From the NCBI GenBank assembly GCA_963716395.1, contig OY970309.1, positions 2,752,001 through 2,816,000 on the forward strand: a stretch of 64,000 bases of DNA. Reading direction: 5' to 3'. Shown here in pieces: positions 50,021 to 59,037 of this stretch. The stretch is from an uncultured Fibrobacteria bacterium. Lineage in GTDB: Bacteria > Fibrobacterota > Fibrobacteria > UBA11236. The notes beneath the pieces are model-generated. The model worked only from the letters and a program-made list of their open reading frames with translations. It was not told the DNA's origin and ran no database searches. Made by a program: the position numbers and the translations under genes. How positions within the stretch are numbered: the stretch's first letter is position 1; the number at the start of each line of letters is the position of its first letter.

Positions 50021-52024
50021 ATGGCAAAGATCCGGATCTTACACTTGGAGGACGACGTTTTGTTTTCCAAAATGATCCAATACATGCTGGAAGAAAACGG
50101 CATGAACTGCCAGGTGCTGAGCGTTGAGAACAAAAGCGAATTTGAAGAAGCTTTGGGGTCCAACAGCTTCGATTTGATTCTTTCCGATCACACCCTGCCC
50201 GATTTCGACGGCTTGTCGGCCTTGAAATATTGCCGCCAGCGAGCCACCCAGACGCCCTTCATCTTCGTGTCCGGAACTTTGGGCGAGGACCTGGCCATTC
50301 AAAGCCTGCAAAAAGGCGCGGCGGATTACGTGTTGAAATCCAATATGTCGCGTTTTATTCCGGCCGTGAAGCGCACGCTCGACGTGGCGCGGGAGGCGCA
50401 GGAACTGCGGCATGCACAAGAGCGCATTCGCCATTATGAATTCAATTTGCGCGCGCTCATCGAGAATACTTCCGACGCGGTTTTTTCGCTGAACGTCGAG
50501 TTCAAGGTGCTGGCTTTCAATTCGGCGGCCAGCCTCCTGCTGCTGAAACTGTCGGGGAATCCGATGGAGCTCGGCGATGACTTCCTCGAGCACTTGTTTC
50601 CCCATGAGCGCGCCTATTGGCGCGCGGCCATGCAGCGCGCCTTGAAACGCGAACGGGGCGTGGACCAGCGTGAAATCCTCTGGCGCGGCGGCCGTGCTGT
50701 GCTGGAAATATCCTATAGCCACATCGCGGGGGATCACGAGGCCATGGGCTTGGCGGTTTTTTGCCGCGATGTGACCGGCTGCAACCGGGTATTGGAAGAA
50801 CGCGAACGGTTTTTCGCTTTATTACCGGATTTGTTCTGCATTTTGGGTTCCGGCGGAGTCATTCAGCAGGTGAATCCCGCCGGGGAACGCATTCTCGGGT
50901 ATTCCCAAGCCGAACTCCTGTCCCGGCCCATCACCGATTTCATCCATCCGGAAGACTTGGAAATCGCGACGCGGGCTTTCGAAAGAATGGCCCAATCGGG
51001 CCGGGTGGAAAACTTCGAAAGCCGTTGCCGCAGCGCGGACGGCAGCTACCGGTGGTTTTCCTGGACCGCGCTGTCGCAGACGCAATTCGATTTGATCTAC
51101 GCCGTGATGCGGGACGTGACCGAGTGGAAGTCGGTCGAGGAGGCATTGGAGTGCGGCCGGGAAGCCGGGCGTTCCGCGGTCCGCAATTCGGCGCCGCTGA
51201 ACATTCTGGTGGCCGAAGACAATCGTATCAATCAAATGGTGCTGCTTTGTCTGCTGGAGAAATTGGGGTATAACGCCGAAGTGGCGGTCAACGGCAAGCA
51301 GGCCTGTAGCCTCTGCAGTGAAAAAGAGTATGACCTAATCTTCATGGATTGCCAGATGCCGGAAATGGACGGGTATGATGCGACCCGCGAGATCCGGAAA
51401 ATTCGGGTGGATGCGCCAAAACGGCCCTGGATTGTGGCTATGACCGCCGACGCCTTAAGGGGCACCAAGGAAAATTGCCTGGCTGCGGGCATGGACAGCT
51501 ATCTCTCCAAACCCGTGATGCTGGCTTCGTTGCGCGAAGCGTTGGAAGATGCGCGCCAGCGGCAGGCCGCTGCGTGGAAAGAAGCACCCGGGTTCCGGGC
51601 TGGCCGTGAACAAGGCGGCATCGATCTCGGAATCGTGAATCGGTTGCGCTCCGAAGGCGATAAGGGCGATAACCGTTCTTTTCGCGAAATGATCGGGGAG
51701 TTTCTACGCCAGGCCTCGGAGCAAATCGTCGATTTGGCCGTACACTTCAAACATCGTGAATTTTCCCAGTTGGCCAAGGCGGCCCATGTACTCAAGGGAT
51801 TGTGCGCCAATTTTGGAGCGCTCGGTTTGGCGCGCGAATGCGACGCCCTGCAGCGTTATGCCGAAAATGAAGAGGCTCCTTGGATTCCCGGAATTCTGAC
51901 GCGGCTGCGGCAAAGCCTCGCTCAGGCTCGTAGCGTTTATTTCCACGAGGCGGCCTCGGGTTACGAAAACACAAGTCCCGAATCCGGTTCGCCTTCTGCG
52001 CCGAACGGCGAATCCAACGTCTGA
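50021..52024 (+). CDS. REC-PAS-PAS-REC-Hpt signalling protein without a kinase domain
   Basis: REC1 (LEDD, SDHTLP), two PAS (IHPED, RDVTE), REC2 (AEDN, MDCQMP), Hpt (AHVLKG). No H/N/G boxes. Confidence 0.85.
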   Translation: MAKIRILHLEDDVLFSKMIQYMLEENGMNCQVLSVENKSEFEEALGSNSFDLILSDHTLPDFDGLSALKYCRQRATQTPFIFVSGTLGEDLAIQSLQKGAADYVLKSNMSRFIPAVKRTLDVAREAQELRHAQERIRHYEFNLRALIENTSDAVFSLNVEFKVLAFNSAASLLLLKLSGNPMELGDDFLEHLFPHERAYWRAAMQRALKRERGVDQREILWRGGRAVLEISYSHIAGDHEAMGLAVFCRDVTGCNRVLEERERFFALLPDLFCILGSGGVIQQVNPAGERILGYSQAELLSRPITDFIHPEDLEIATRAFERMAQSGRVENFESRCRSADGSYRWFSWTALSQTQFDLIYAVMRDVTEWKSVEEALECGREAGRSAVRNSAPLNILVAEDNRINQMVLLCLLEKLGYNAEVAVNGKQACSLCSEKEYDLIFMDCQMPEMDGYDATREIRKIRVDAPKRPWIVAMTADALRGTKENCLAAGMDSYLSKPVMLASLREALEDARQRQAAAWKEAPGFRAGREQGGIDLGIVNRLRSEGDKGDNRSFREMIGEFLRQASEQIVDLAVHFKHREFSQLAKAAHVLKGLCANFGALGLARECDALQRYAENEEAPWIPGILTRLRQSLAQARSVYFHEAASGYENTSPESGSPSAPNGESNV

Positions 52025-52037
52025 ACCTTCGGGTGTT

Positions 52038-53129
52038 TCATCGGTAGGTATGCGGCGCCCCGCCGCTTCGCAACCATTCGTTGATGTCTTTGCCCGCCGG
52101 AATGGCGAGACGATGGGCCGTGACGCCGGCATCGGCCAGCAAGGCGATGGATTTGGCGGCGCCGGCTTCGCCCGCCGCGTCGGCGTCGAAGGCCACGAAA
52201 ACGGATTTGTTGCGGAACAGTCGGCACCAGGCGGGCTTGAAATTCGCCGCGCCCGGAATTCCCACGGCCGCGAAGCCGGCTTCGAGCAAGGTTAAGGTGT
52301 CGATCACGCCTTCGCACAGATAGAGATGGCCCGGCTCGCCGTCGAGCAATGCCGCGTTGTAAGGGCAGGGAATGGGTCCGGCTAGGGAAAGCTCTTTGGG
52401 CTTGATCTCGGCTTCCAGCGCGCGCGCTTGCAGATAAACCGGTGCGCCTTCGGCGTCGAAGTAAGGCAGCAGCAGCGGGTGGCGGTAAAAACGCAAATGG
52501 CCCTCGGCATTGAACAATCCTCCCGCCCGCAAGGCTTCCGGCGAAAAATGTTGCGTCAGGTGGTCGCTGATCGCGGCATAATCGTCGACCACGCGCAAGC
52601 GCTGGGCCGTCCAGGTTTTTTGAAAAATGCGGCGCGAACGCAGCCAGGCTGCGGCCTTGCCGGAGACGGGCCGGCAGCCGTGGAGTAACGCCTGTAAGAC
52701 TTCCCGCCGATTCCTATCGTCGTCGTCGCTCCACTCGGGCGGGCGCGGTGGTGGCGGGACAATGCGGGAGGGGAAGAGATCGGTTTGGGAGCGCGGCGTA
52801 TGCGATCCCCGCGCGGCATGGGGCGCGGCAACCGCCCCGCCGCGGGCGCGGAGAAATTCCACGGCTGGCAGAAAACCGCAACCGCGCATGCGACGCACCA
52901 AATCGATGACGTCGCCTTTGACATCCGGGCATACCCAGCATTTGAACGTGCCGCGCTCCGGCCAAATCGTCACCGAAGGCGTACGGTCGCCATGCGCATG
53001 CCGCTCGGGCGCGGGGCAGCGAAAGCGGTTGTACCGCACGTCGAGGCCCAACTCCCGCGCCACGTCGAGAATCGGATGGGCGGCTTTCAGCGCCTCGATG
53101 GTCTCGGAGTTCCGGTCCGCCATGGCCAT
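52038..53129 (-). CDS. DnaG-like primase: CHC2 zinc finger plus TOPRIM, short form
   Basis: CP...H..D.TPS...FKCWVC...GDVI, CEGVID, FDADAAG, KDINE. Confidence 0.85.
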   Translation of the reverse strand: MAMADRNSETIEALKAAHPILDVARELGLDVRYNRFRCPAPERHAHGDRTPSVTIWPERGTFKCWVCPDVKGDVIDLVRRMRGCGFLPAVEFLRARGGAVAAPHAARGSHTPRSQTDLFPSRIVPPPPRPPEWSDDDDRNRREVLQALLHGCRPVSGKAAAWLRSRRIFQKTWTAQRLRVVDDYAAISDHLTQHFSPEALRAGGLFNAEGHLRFYRHPLLLPYFDAEGAPVYLQARALEAEIKPKELSLAGPIPCPYNAALLDGEPGHLYLCEGVIDTLTLLEAGFAAVGIPGAANFKPAWCRLFRNKSVFVAFDADAAGEAGAAKSIALLADAGVTAHRLAIPAGKDINEWLRSGGAPHTYR

Positions 53130-53190
53130 AAGTTAAATGGGCGCGCCTTTCGTCCGCTTCGGCACCCATGGGCATGGGTATCTTTGCCCC

Positions 53191-54081
53191 ATGGATGTGG
53201 AAATTCGCCCCGAGGTGCCGCTGGCGCCCTTGCTTTCTTTTCACGTCGGCGGTCCGGCGCGGTTTTTCTGCGCGCCGCATGATGTCGAACAATGCGCCGC
53301 GGCCTTGCGGCAGGCGACAGAGCATCGCTGGCCCGTGTTCGTGTTGGGCAAAGGCACCAATGTGGTTTTTGCCGATGCGGGGTTTGACGGTTTGGTGCTG
53401 TACACCGGCGAGTTCACCGACATCGCGTCGAACGGCTCCACCGTCACCGCTGCCTGCGGCGCGGCCTTGATGGACGTGGTGACCCAGTCGGTGGATCGCG
53501 GGTGGGCGGGCCTGCAAAACCTGGCCGGTATTCCCGGCACGGTGGGCGGCGGCACCTTCATCAATGCCGGCGCTTTCGATCAGGAGTTCAAAGACGTGGT
53601 GACTGCGGTCGAGTCGCTGCGGCCGGACGGAACACCGGTGTTACGCTCGAATTCCGCGTGCGGTTTCGGCTACCGCCGGTCGGTGTTTTCCACCGTTCCG
53701 GAGTTGATCGTGCGTACCACGTTTTTGCTGCGCGCTGGTGATGCATCGGCCCTGCGGCAGGAAATGGAAGCCACTTTGGACAAGCGGGCGGCCCGACAAC
53801 CCCTGGACTTTCCCAATGCCGGCAGTATGTTCAAGCGCCCGCCGGGAGGTTATGCCGGGGCTTTAATCGAAGCCGCGGGACTCAAGGGCTTGCGCCGGGG
53901 CGGGGCGGGCATTTCCGCAAAGCACGCCAACTTCACCGTGAATCTGGGCAACGCCACGGCCCAGGACATCTGGGATTTGACCAGCGAAGTTATCGGCCGG
54001 GTGCGCGCTCATAGCGGGGTCACCTTGGAGCGCGAGGTGATTTTTGTGGGAAAGTTTCAGCCATGGCCGAGATCAGCGTAG
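53191..54081 (+). CDS. murB: UDP-N-acetylenolpyruvoylglucosamine reductase
   Basis: GGPA, GKGTNV, GIPGTVGG, NAGA, YRRS, AGSMFK, KHANF. Confidence 0.96.
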   Translation: MDVEIRPEVPLAPLLSFHVGGPARFFCAPHDVEQCAAALRQATEHRWPVFVLGKGTNVVFADAGFDGLVLYTGEFTDIASNGSTVTAACGAALMDVVTQSVDRGWAGLQNLAGIPGTVGGGTFINAGAFDQEFKDVVTAVESLRPDGTPVLRSNSACGFGYRRSVFSTVPELIVRTTFLLRAGDASALRQEMEATLDKRAARQPLDFPNAGSMFKRPPGGYAGALIEAAGLKGLRRGGAGISAKHANFTVNLGNATAQDIWDLTSEVIGRVRAHSGVTLEREVIFVGKFQPWPRSA

Positions 54082-54908
54082 TCATACCCGTGCACAACCG
54101 CGCCGATCGGCTGCCGCGCGCCGTAGCGTCGGTGTTGGAACAGACCGGACCGGCGCTGGAGTTGGTCGTGGTCGACGACGGGTCTGAAGACGACGTGAGT
54201 CAATCCCTGGCGCCGTTTGCGCGCGATGCGCGGCTGCGCCTGCTGCGGGTTGAACACGGCGGCGTCAGCCGGGCCCGCAACCTGGGCGTGGCCGCGGGCC
54301 GCGCGCCGCTCTTGGCATTTCTCGACTCGGATGATTATTGGCTGCCGGGAAAATTGCGGGCGCAGGTGGCGGAGCTTGAAGCCGGAGGCGGCGCCATCAA
54401 TCAAACCGAGGAAATCTGGATTCGAAACGGCCGGCGCGTCAACCCGCCGCAACATGCCATTAAGCGCGCCGGCGATCTGTTTTTGGCCTCGCTGGCGCAT
54501 TGTCTGATTACCCCCTCGTCGGTGCTCATGACCCGGGCCTTGTTCGATGCCTGCGGGGGCTTTGACGAAAGCCTGCCGGCCTGCGAAGACTACGATTTAT
54601 GGTTGCGGGTATGCACCCGTCATTTCGTGGGCCTGGTCGCCCAACCGCTGCTGGTGCGCGTCGGAGGACATGCCGATCAATTGAGCGCCCGCACTCCGGT
54701 GCTGGATCGCTTTCGGGTGGCGGCCCTGGACAAATGGTTGCAGGCCAACCCCGGCGAAGCGCGCACCGACGCGGTGCGCGAAGTGTTGCACAACAAGCTG
54801 CGGATTTTGGAAAACGGTTATGCGAAAAGGGGGAATGCTGAGGGAAACAGGTTCTGTCGCTCTGTGGCGTCGCGCTATCTCGCGAACGACCCGGCTAGAG
54901 CGGTTTAA
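54063..54908 (+). CDS. GT2 glycosyltransferase
   Basis: SVVIP, VVDDGSED, ARNLG, FLDSDD, CEDYDLW. Confidence 0.93.
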   Translation: MAEISVVIPVHNRADRLPRAVASVLEQTGPALELVVVDDGSEDDVSQSLAPFARDARLRLLRVEHGGVSRARNLGVAAGRAPLLAFLDSDDYWLPGKLRAQVAELEAGGGAINQTEEIWIRNGRRVNPPQHAIKRAGDLFLASLAHCLITPSSVLMTRALFDACGGFDESLPACEDYDLWLRVCTRHFVGLVAQPLLVRVGGHADQLSARTPVLDRFRVAALDKWLQANPGEARTDAVREVLHNKLRILENGYAKRGNAEGNRFCRSVASRYLANDPARAV

Positions 54909-55158
54909 AACCCATTTCCTCGGCCGCCACTCCGTCTTTGCGTCGATCCAATTTGGTGATGGCCCAATTCCCTTGGCGCCGCACGCATTGGATCACCAAG
55001 CCCCGAAAAGGCGGCGGGTCGATGGCGCCGCCCCAATGAAAACGGCGTCCCTCCCATTCCGGTTCCGGAATTCCCGCCGCACGTAAATGTTTTTCCGCCA
55101 ACGCCACCAAGTCGGCGGGCTGAAAATGGGAACATTGACCGGCTTCTTCGGAAGACAT
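54895..55158 (-). CDS. Small hypothetical protein (87 aa)
   Basis: Fills the gap between GT2 and DinB; protein-like composition; no recognised motif. Confidence 0.5.
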   Translation of the reverse strand: MSSEEAGQCSHFQPADLVALAEKHLRAAGIPEPEWEGRRFHWGGAIDPPPFRGLVIQCVRRQGNWAITKLDRRKDGVAAEEMGFKPL

Positions 55159-55224
55159 ACGCAAGATAAGGTAGCGACTTCGCTGAGGCCGTAATCTCGG
55201 GCGGCAAAATCTTATTTTCCGTCC

Positions 55225-55740
55225 ATGTCCGAAGCCCCTTTGGCATGGGAAGGCTCCTATTTGAAGAAATATGTCGATCGCAACGGTGTCGGGGATATCC
55301 CCGTTTCATTGGCGCCGCACTTCGAATCCGTGCTGTCTTTTCTGCGCGGGTTGCCCGCCAGCCGGGCCGGTTTTGCCTACGCCGAAGGCAAATGGTCGGT
55401 GCGCCAAGTCGCGGGGCATGTGGTGGACGCCCAGGTGATCTTCGCCTATCGCGCTCTGTGCATCGGGCGTGGCGAAAGCATAAGCCTGCCGGGTTTTGAT
55501 GAGAACGCGTATGCTCTGCACTGGCGGGACGAAGGAATATCGTTGGAGCAAATCGGGGATCTCTACGCGGCGCAAGCACAAGCCATTACTCTGCAGACCG
55601 CAGTGCTGCGTCCGGAGGATTGGCGGCGGGCAGGCATTGCCAACAGAATCCAAGTCACGCCGGCGGTGATTTTTCGCGCCTTGATCGGCCATGAACGGCA
55701 TCACCTGAACATGTTGCGCGAGCGCTATGGTTTGGGATGA
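55225..55740 (+). CDS. DinB/YfiT-family protein
   Basis: YAEGKWS...GH, LPGFDEN, GHERHH. Confidence 0.9.
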   Translation: MSEAPLAWEGSYLKKYVDRNGVGDIPVSLAPHFESVLSFLRGLPASRAGFAYAEGKWSVRQVAGHVVDAQVIFAYRALCIGRGESISLPGFDENAYALHWRDEGISLEQIGDLYAAQAQAITLQTAVLRPEDWRRAGIANRIQVTPAVIFRALIGHERHHLNMLRERYGLG

Positions 55741-55911
55741 TCCGGGTTTTCGCCGCGAGCGGCGGGGAACTTGACACGTCGGCGGGCCGGAGAGCGTATC
55801 GGCTTCTGCGCCGCAATGGCGAAGAAATTCGACCGGGCACGTCAATCCGTAAGCGCCAAATAAATCGCCCGAAATCCCGGTTGCCGCGTTTCCTTGATAT
55901 TTTTCAGCGCC

Positions 55912-57198
55912 ATGCCCGTGAATTTGATGCGCATCGTGACCCTGAAAAACCTGCGCCATCCCGAGGTCAATCGACTGCTGCAGCGCGAACCCAGCCCTTC
56001 GCCGGCCGTGCGCAAAACCGTACTGGATATTTTGCGGCGGGTGCGGGAACAGGGCCATGCCGCGGCACTGGAATTGGCCCGGAAATACGACGGACTCCAG
56101 GGTAACCTGCGGGTTTCCGACGCCGAGTTGCGGCGCAGCGCGGACCAAACCCCGCGCCCCGTGCGCGCCGCCATCCGCCGCGCCATCGCCAATGTGCGTC
56201 GCTTCCACCTCCGCCAGCGCGAAACCTCGTGGCAATTGCGCGGCCGTTACGGCGAAACCTTGGGTCAAATCATTCGCCCTCTCGATCGCGTGGGCCTGTA
56301 TGTTCCCGGCGGGGCGGGCGTTTACCCTTCCACCGTGATCATGAACGCCGTGCCGGCGCGGGTGGCGGGCGTTCCCGATCTCGTCATGGTCACGCCTTGC
56401 CCCCGGGGCTTGCCCCCGGCCGTGGCCTTTGCGGCCGCCGAACTCGGCATCGGCGAGATTTATAAAATCGGCGGCGCCCAGGCCGTGGCGCTGCTGGCCT
56501 ATGGAACTTCGCGGGTGCGCCGGGTCGACAAAATCGTGGGCCCCGGCAATGTCTTCGCGGCCCTGGCCAAAAAAGAGGTTTTCGGCACGGTGGATATCGA
56601 CATGGTGGCCGGGCCTTCGGAAATTCTGGTGTTGTTCGACGGAAGCGTCGATCCGGATTGGGTGGCGGTCGACCTGCTTTCGCAGGCCGAGCACGGCTCG
56701 GGTTATGAAGCCGTGATAGGAGTCACGACTTCGGCTTCAGCGGCGCGGCGGGTGGCGGACGCCGTCGCGGCCCAAACCGCGGCGTCGCCCAAGCGCGCCC
56801 TGATCACCAAGGCCTTGCGTCGTTACGGCCGCCTGTTCGTGCTGCCCGATTGGGAGCAGGGCTGCGATTTGGCCAATGCCCTGGCGCCCGAGCATGTCGA
56901 AGTGATGACGGCTTCTCCGCGCCGGCGGCTGCCGCGCCTGCGCAATGCCGGTGCCGTTTTTCTGGGCCCGTATTCTTCCGAGCCGGTGGGGGATTACCTG
57001 GCCGGCCCCAACCATGTCTTGCCCACCAACGGGTCGGCCCGGTTTTTTTCGCCCCTTGGGGTCTATGATTTTTACAAGCGCATGAGTTTAATCGAATATA
57101 CCGAGCGCGGCTTGGCCGCCGAAGGCTCTTTGATGGTGGCCTTGGCCGAAGCCGAAGGCTTCATCCATCATGCCGCGGCGGTGCGCAAGCGGCTTTAG
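55912..57198 (+). CDS. hisD: Histidinol dehydrogenase
   Basis: GLYVPGG, GPGN, AGPSE, QAEH, APEH, GDYLAGPNHVLPT. Confidence 0.97.
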   Translation: MPVNLMRIVTLKNLRHPEVNRLLQREPSPSPAVRKTVLDILRRVREQGHAAALELARKYDGLQGNLRVSDAELRRSADQTPRPVRAAIRRAIANVRRFHLRQRETSWQLRGRYGETLGQIIRPLDRVGLYVPGGAGVYPSTVIMNAVPARVAGVPDLVMVTPCPRGLPPAVAFAAAELGIGEIYKIGGAQAVALLAYGTSRVRRVDKIVGPGNVFAALAKKEVFGTVDIDMVAGPSEILVLFDGSVDPDWVAVDLLSQAEHGSGYEAVIGVTTSASAARRVADAVAAQTAASPKRALITKALRRYGRLFVLPDWEQGCDLANALAPEHVEVMTASPRRRLPRLRNAGAVFLGPYSSEPVGDYLAGPNHVLPTNGSARFFSPLGVYDFYKRMSLIEYTERGLAAEGSLMVALAEAEGFIHHAAAVRKRL

Positions 57199-57200
57199 CA

Positions 57201-59003
57201 CTAATTCATGGTGCCGTAATCGCGGCTCCAACTGGACTTGGGTTGGCTGGGCAGATTGGTCAAGGGAAGGTTGGTGACAATTTTTACATGCGAATCGACG
57301 GTGTGTCTTTCGCAGGAAAATGCGTCCAAAGGGTAGGTTTGCCCGTATTGCAGGCCGCTGAGGGTGTCGAGATTTACATTTCCGGACTCCGCGTTGTGAA
57401 CACCCCCCAAATCAATGACCAATTTGCTGTTGATGAAAACCCAAATGTCGTCGTCTCCGACGAACTGAAAAGTGAGACTGGAAGTATGCCGGAATTTCGA
57501 ATGAAGTTCCATGCAAAAGGAGTAATTATGCGGCGAATTAATACCCGCCCAGTTATAGGGCCCGAGTTCTTCCCCCGTATGGCATGCAGAACAGGTGTCA
57601 AAGCCTTTGTTGTCCATCCAAAAGAATTCATTATTGGTGGCGGAATAGTCGATTTCGTAAACATTTTGCCCTAACGACGGAGTTCGCACGAAGGGCAGGG
57701 AATCAAGCACCACGGCATTTTTAAAGGCCGTATCAGGGTAAGGGGAGGTGTAAATATTGTGGTGAGAAGGGCCGTTATGGCTGGTGGCTTGCTTCGTATT
57801 ACAGTCGTTAATTGAGGAGGCGTAAGTTTGCACGAAACCAATAGTATCCGAAGGTTTGAACCATCTGCCCACGTTGCAGTTGAGAATCGGATGCGGACCC
57901 AGCACCGGTTTAGGTAAAGTGGTCAAACCGAAGTAACTTGCGTTGGTGGCGTCGTAGGAGAAGGTGTCGGCCTGCACCATTCCAGTTCCGTAAAAGGTCG
58001 CTATCGCGCAGCATGTGGGATTTTCAAATTCCGGATTGCTCCCGTCGCTGTGATAGTCATAGAAAATCGCATGTACCCATTGCGTATCCGGAAGCGTTGT
58101 CCCGGACCCCAGCATGGAAATGAGTTGGTCCAAGGGTATTTGGCTGATGGTGTCGTTGCCGTTCGGGTTTTTCTGAAATCCATTGGTATTGATGGCGTAT
58201 TGGTTTAATCCCAAGGAGGTAATCCGGTACTTTACTGGAGTGATTCCCACGGTATAAGTGTTATATGCGCTGAATGTATCGGATGAATATTGACTGACTT
58301 CGGAACCGGCAATCGGCTTATCATCAATCCATTGCGGTCCAGTCCAACCTACATAGCAATAAGTTCCCCCGTTGCCTTGTTTGTGATAGTATTCGAAATA
58401 ATATCGTTTGCCGGATTGCAGAGCTATTGATCCTGATACTCCAGCATGGGCCCAATCCGGTTTCCAAATGGCAAGAGAACAGATGGGGGCTGTGGAAAGA
58501 TGCCCTGTGGTGGAGTCAGTACTGAGATAAAATGAGGACGCATCATCAGAGAGTGTATAAAAAGTATAGCTGCCCGATATCGGCGGTAAAATCCAGCCCG
58601 TCCATTTGTCGCCGAAATAGGAGGAATTCCAGGTTTCACCAATATAATACGAGGAATCGGTTCTGTTTGGCGAATGACCCCCAATCCAAGTTTTGAGTTG
58701 TGCAATGGAGGTATCCGAATGCGATTCGCCGGTCCAAAATTGACCGTAGATTTTTCCCGTATGGGTGGTATCGATGTATTTCATGGCGTTGCCGTTGATG
58801 ATTTCCTGGGCCAGCAAAGTCATTAATCCGTCGGAGGCGCAGAAGGTTTGGATTTTGTGTTTGTAGTTGTAGGCCGTGACGGTAGTCATCTTATTGTTGT
58901 AAAGCGTGCCCACGGCAATGGCGGTTACGCCGAGTATGAGCAGAATGGTGAAGACGAGGACGAAGCCTTGTGATTTTCGAGCGGGAGGGGGCGTAGGTGT
59001 CAT
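57201..59003 (-). CDS. PilX-like minor pilin with inserted PA14 and fibro-slime domains (copy 2)
   Basis: G|FVLVF prepilin lacking E5; PA14 (WTGWI.PP.SGSYTF..SDD); fibro-slime (HNYSFCME...GDDDIWVFIN..LVIDLGGVH...CERH). Confidence 0.82.
   Translation of the reverse strand: MTPTPPPARKSQGFVLVFTILLILGVTAIAVGTLYNNKMTTVTAYNYKHKIQTFCASDGLMTLLAQEIINGNAMKYIDTTHTGKIYGQFWTGESHSDTSIAQLKTWIGGHSPNRTDSSYYIGETWNSSYFGDKWTGWILPPISGSYTFYTLSDDASSFYLSTDSTTGHLSTAPICSLAIWKPDWAHAGVSGSIALQSGKRYYFEYYHKQGNGGTYCYVGWTGPQWIDDKPIAGSEVSQYSSDTFSAYNTYTVGITPVKYRITSLGLNQYAINTNGFQKNPNGNDTISQIPLDQLISMLGSGTTLPDTQWVHAIFYDYHSDGSNPEFENPTCCAIATFYGTGMVQADTFSYDATNASYFGLTTLPKPVLGPHPILNCNVGRWFKPSDTIGFVQTYASSINDCNTKQATSHNGPSHHNIYTSPYPDTAFKNAVVLDSLPFVRTPSLGQNVYEIDYSATNNEFFWMDNKGFDTCSACHTGEELGPYNWAGINSPHNYSFCMELHSKFRHTSSLTFQFVGDDDIWVFINSKLVIDLGGVHNAESGNVNLDTLSGLQYGQTYPLDAFSCERHTVDSHVKIVTNLPLTNLPSQPKSSWSRDYGTMN
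57203..57233. repeat. 31-bp exact direct repeat (3' end of pilX copy 2); partner at 59040-59070
   Basis: AATTCATGGTGCCGTAATCGCGGCTCCAACT is present at both sites. Confidence 0.9.
58299..58969. repeat. ~670-bp near-identical direct repeat (5' part of the pilX genes); partner at 60229-60902
   Basis: Aligned by eye: mostly synonymous differences and one 3-bp indel. Confidence 0.92.
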
Positions 59004-59037
59004 GACGATGAACCGATTCGGCGCTTTGGGTTTTCCA

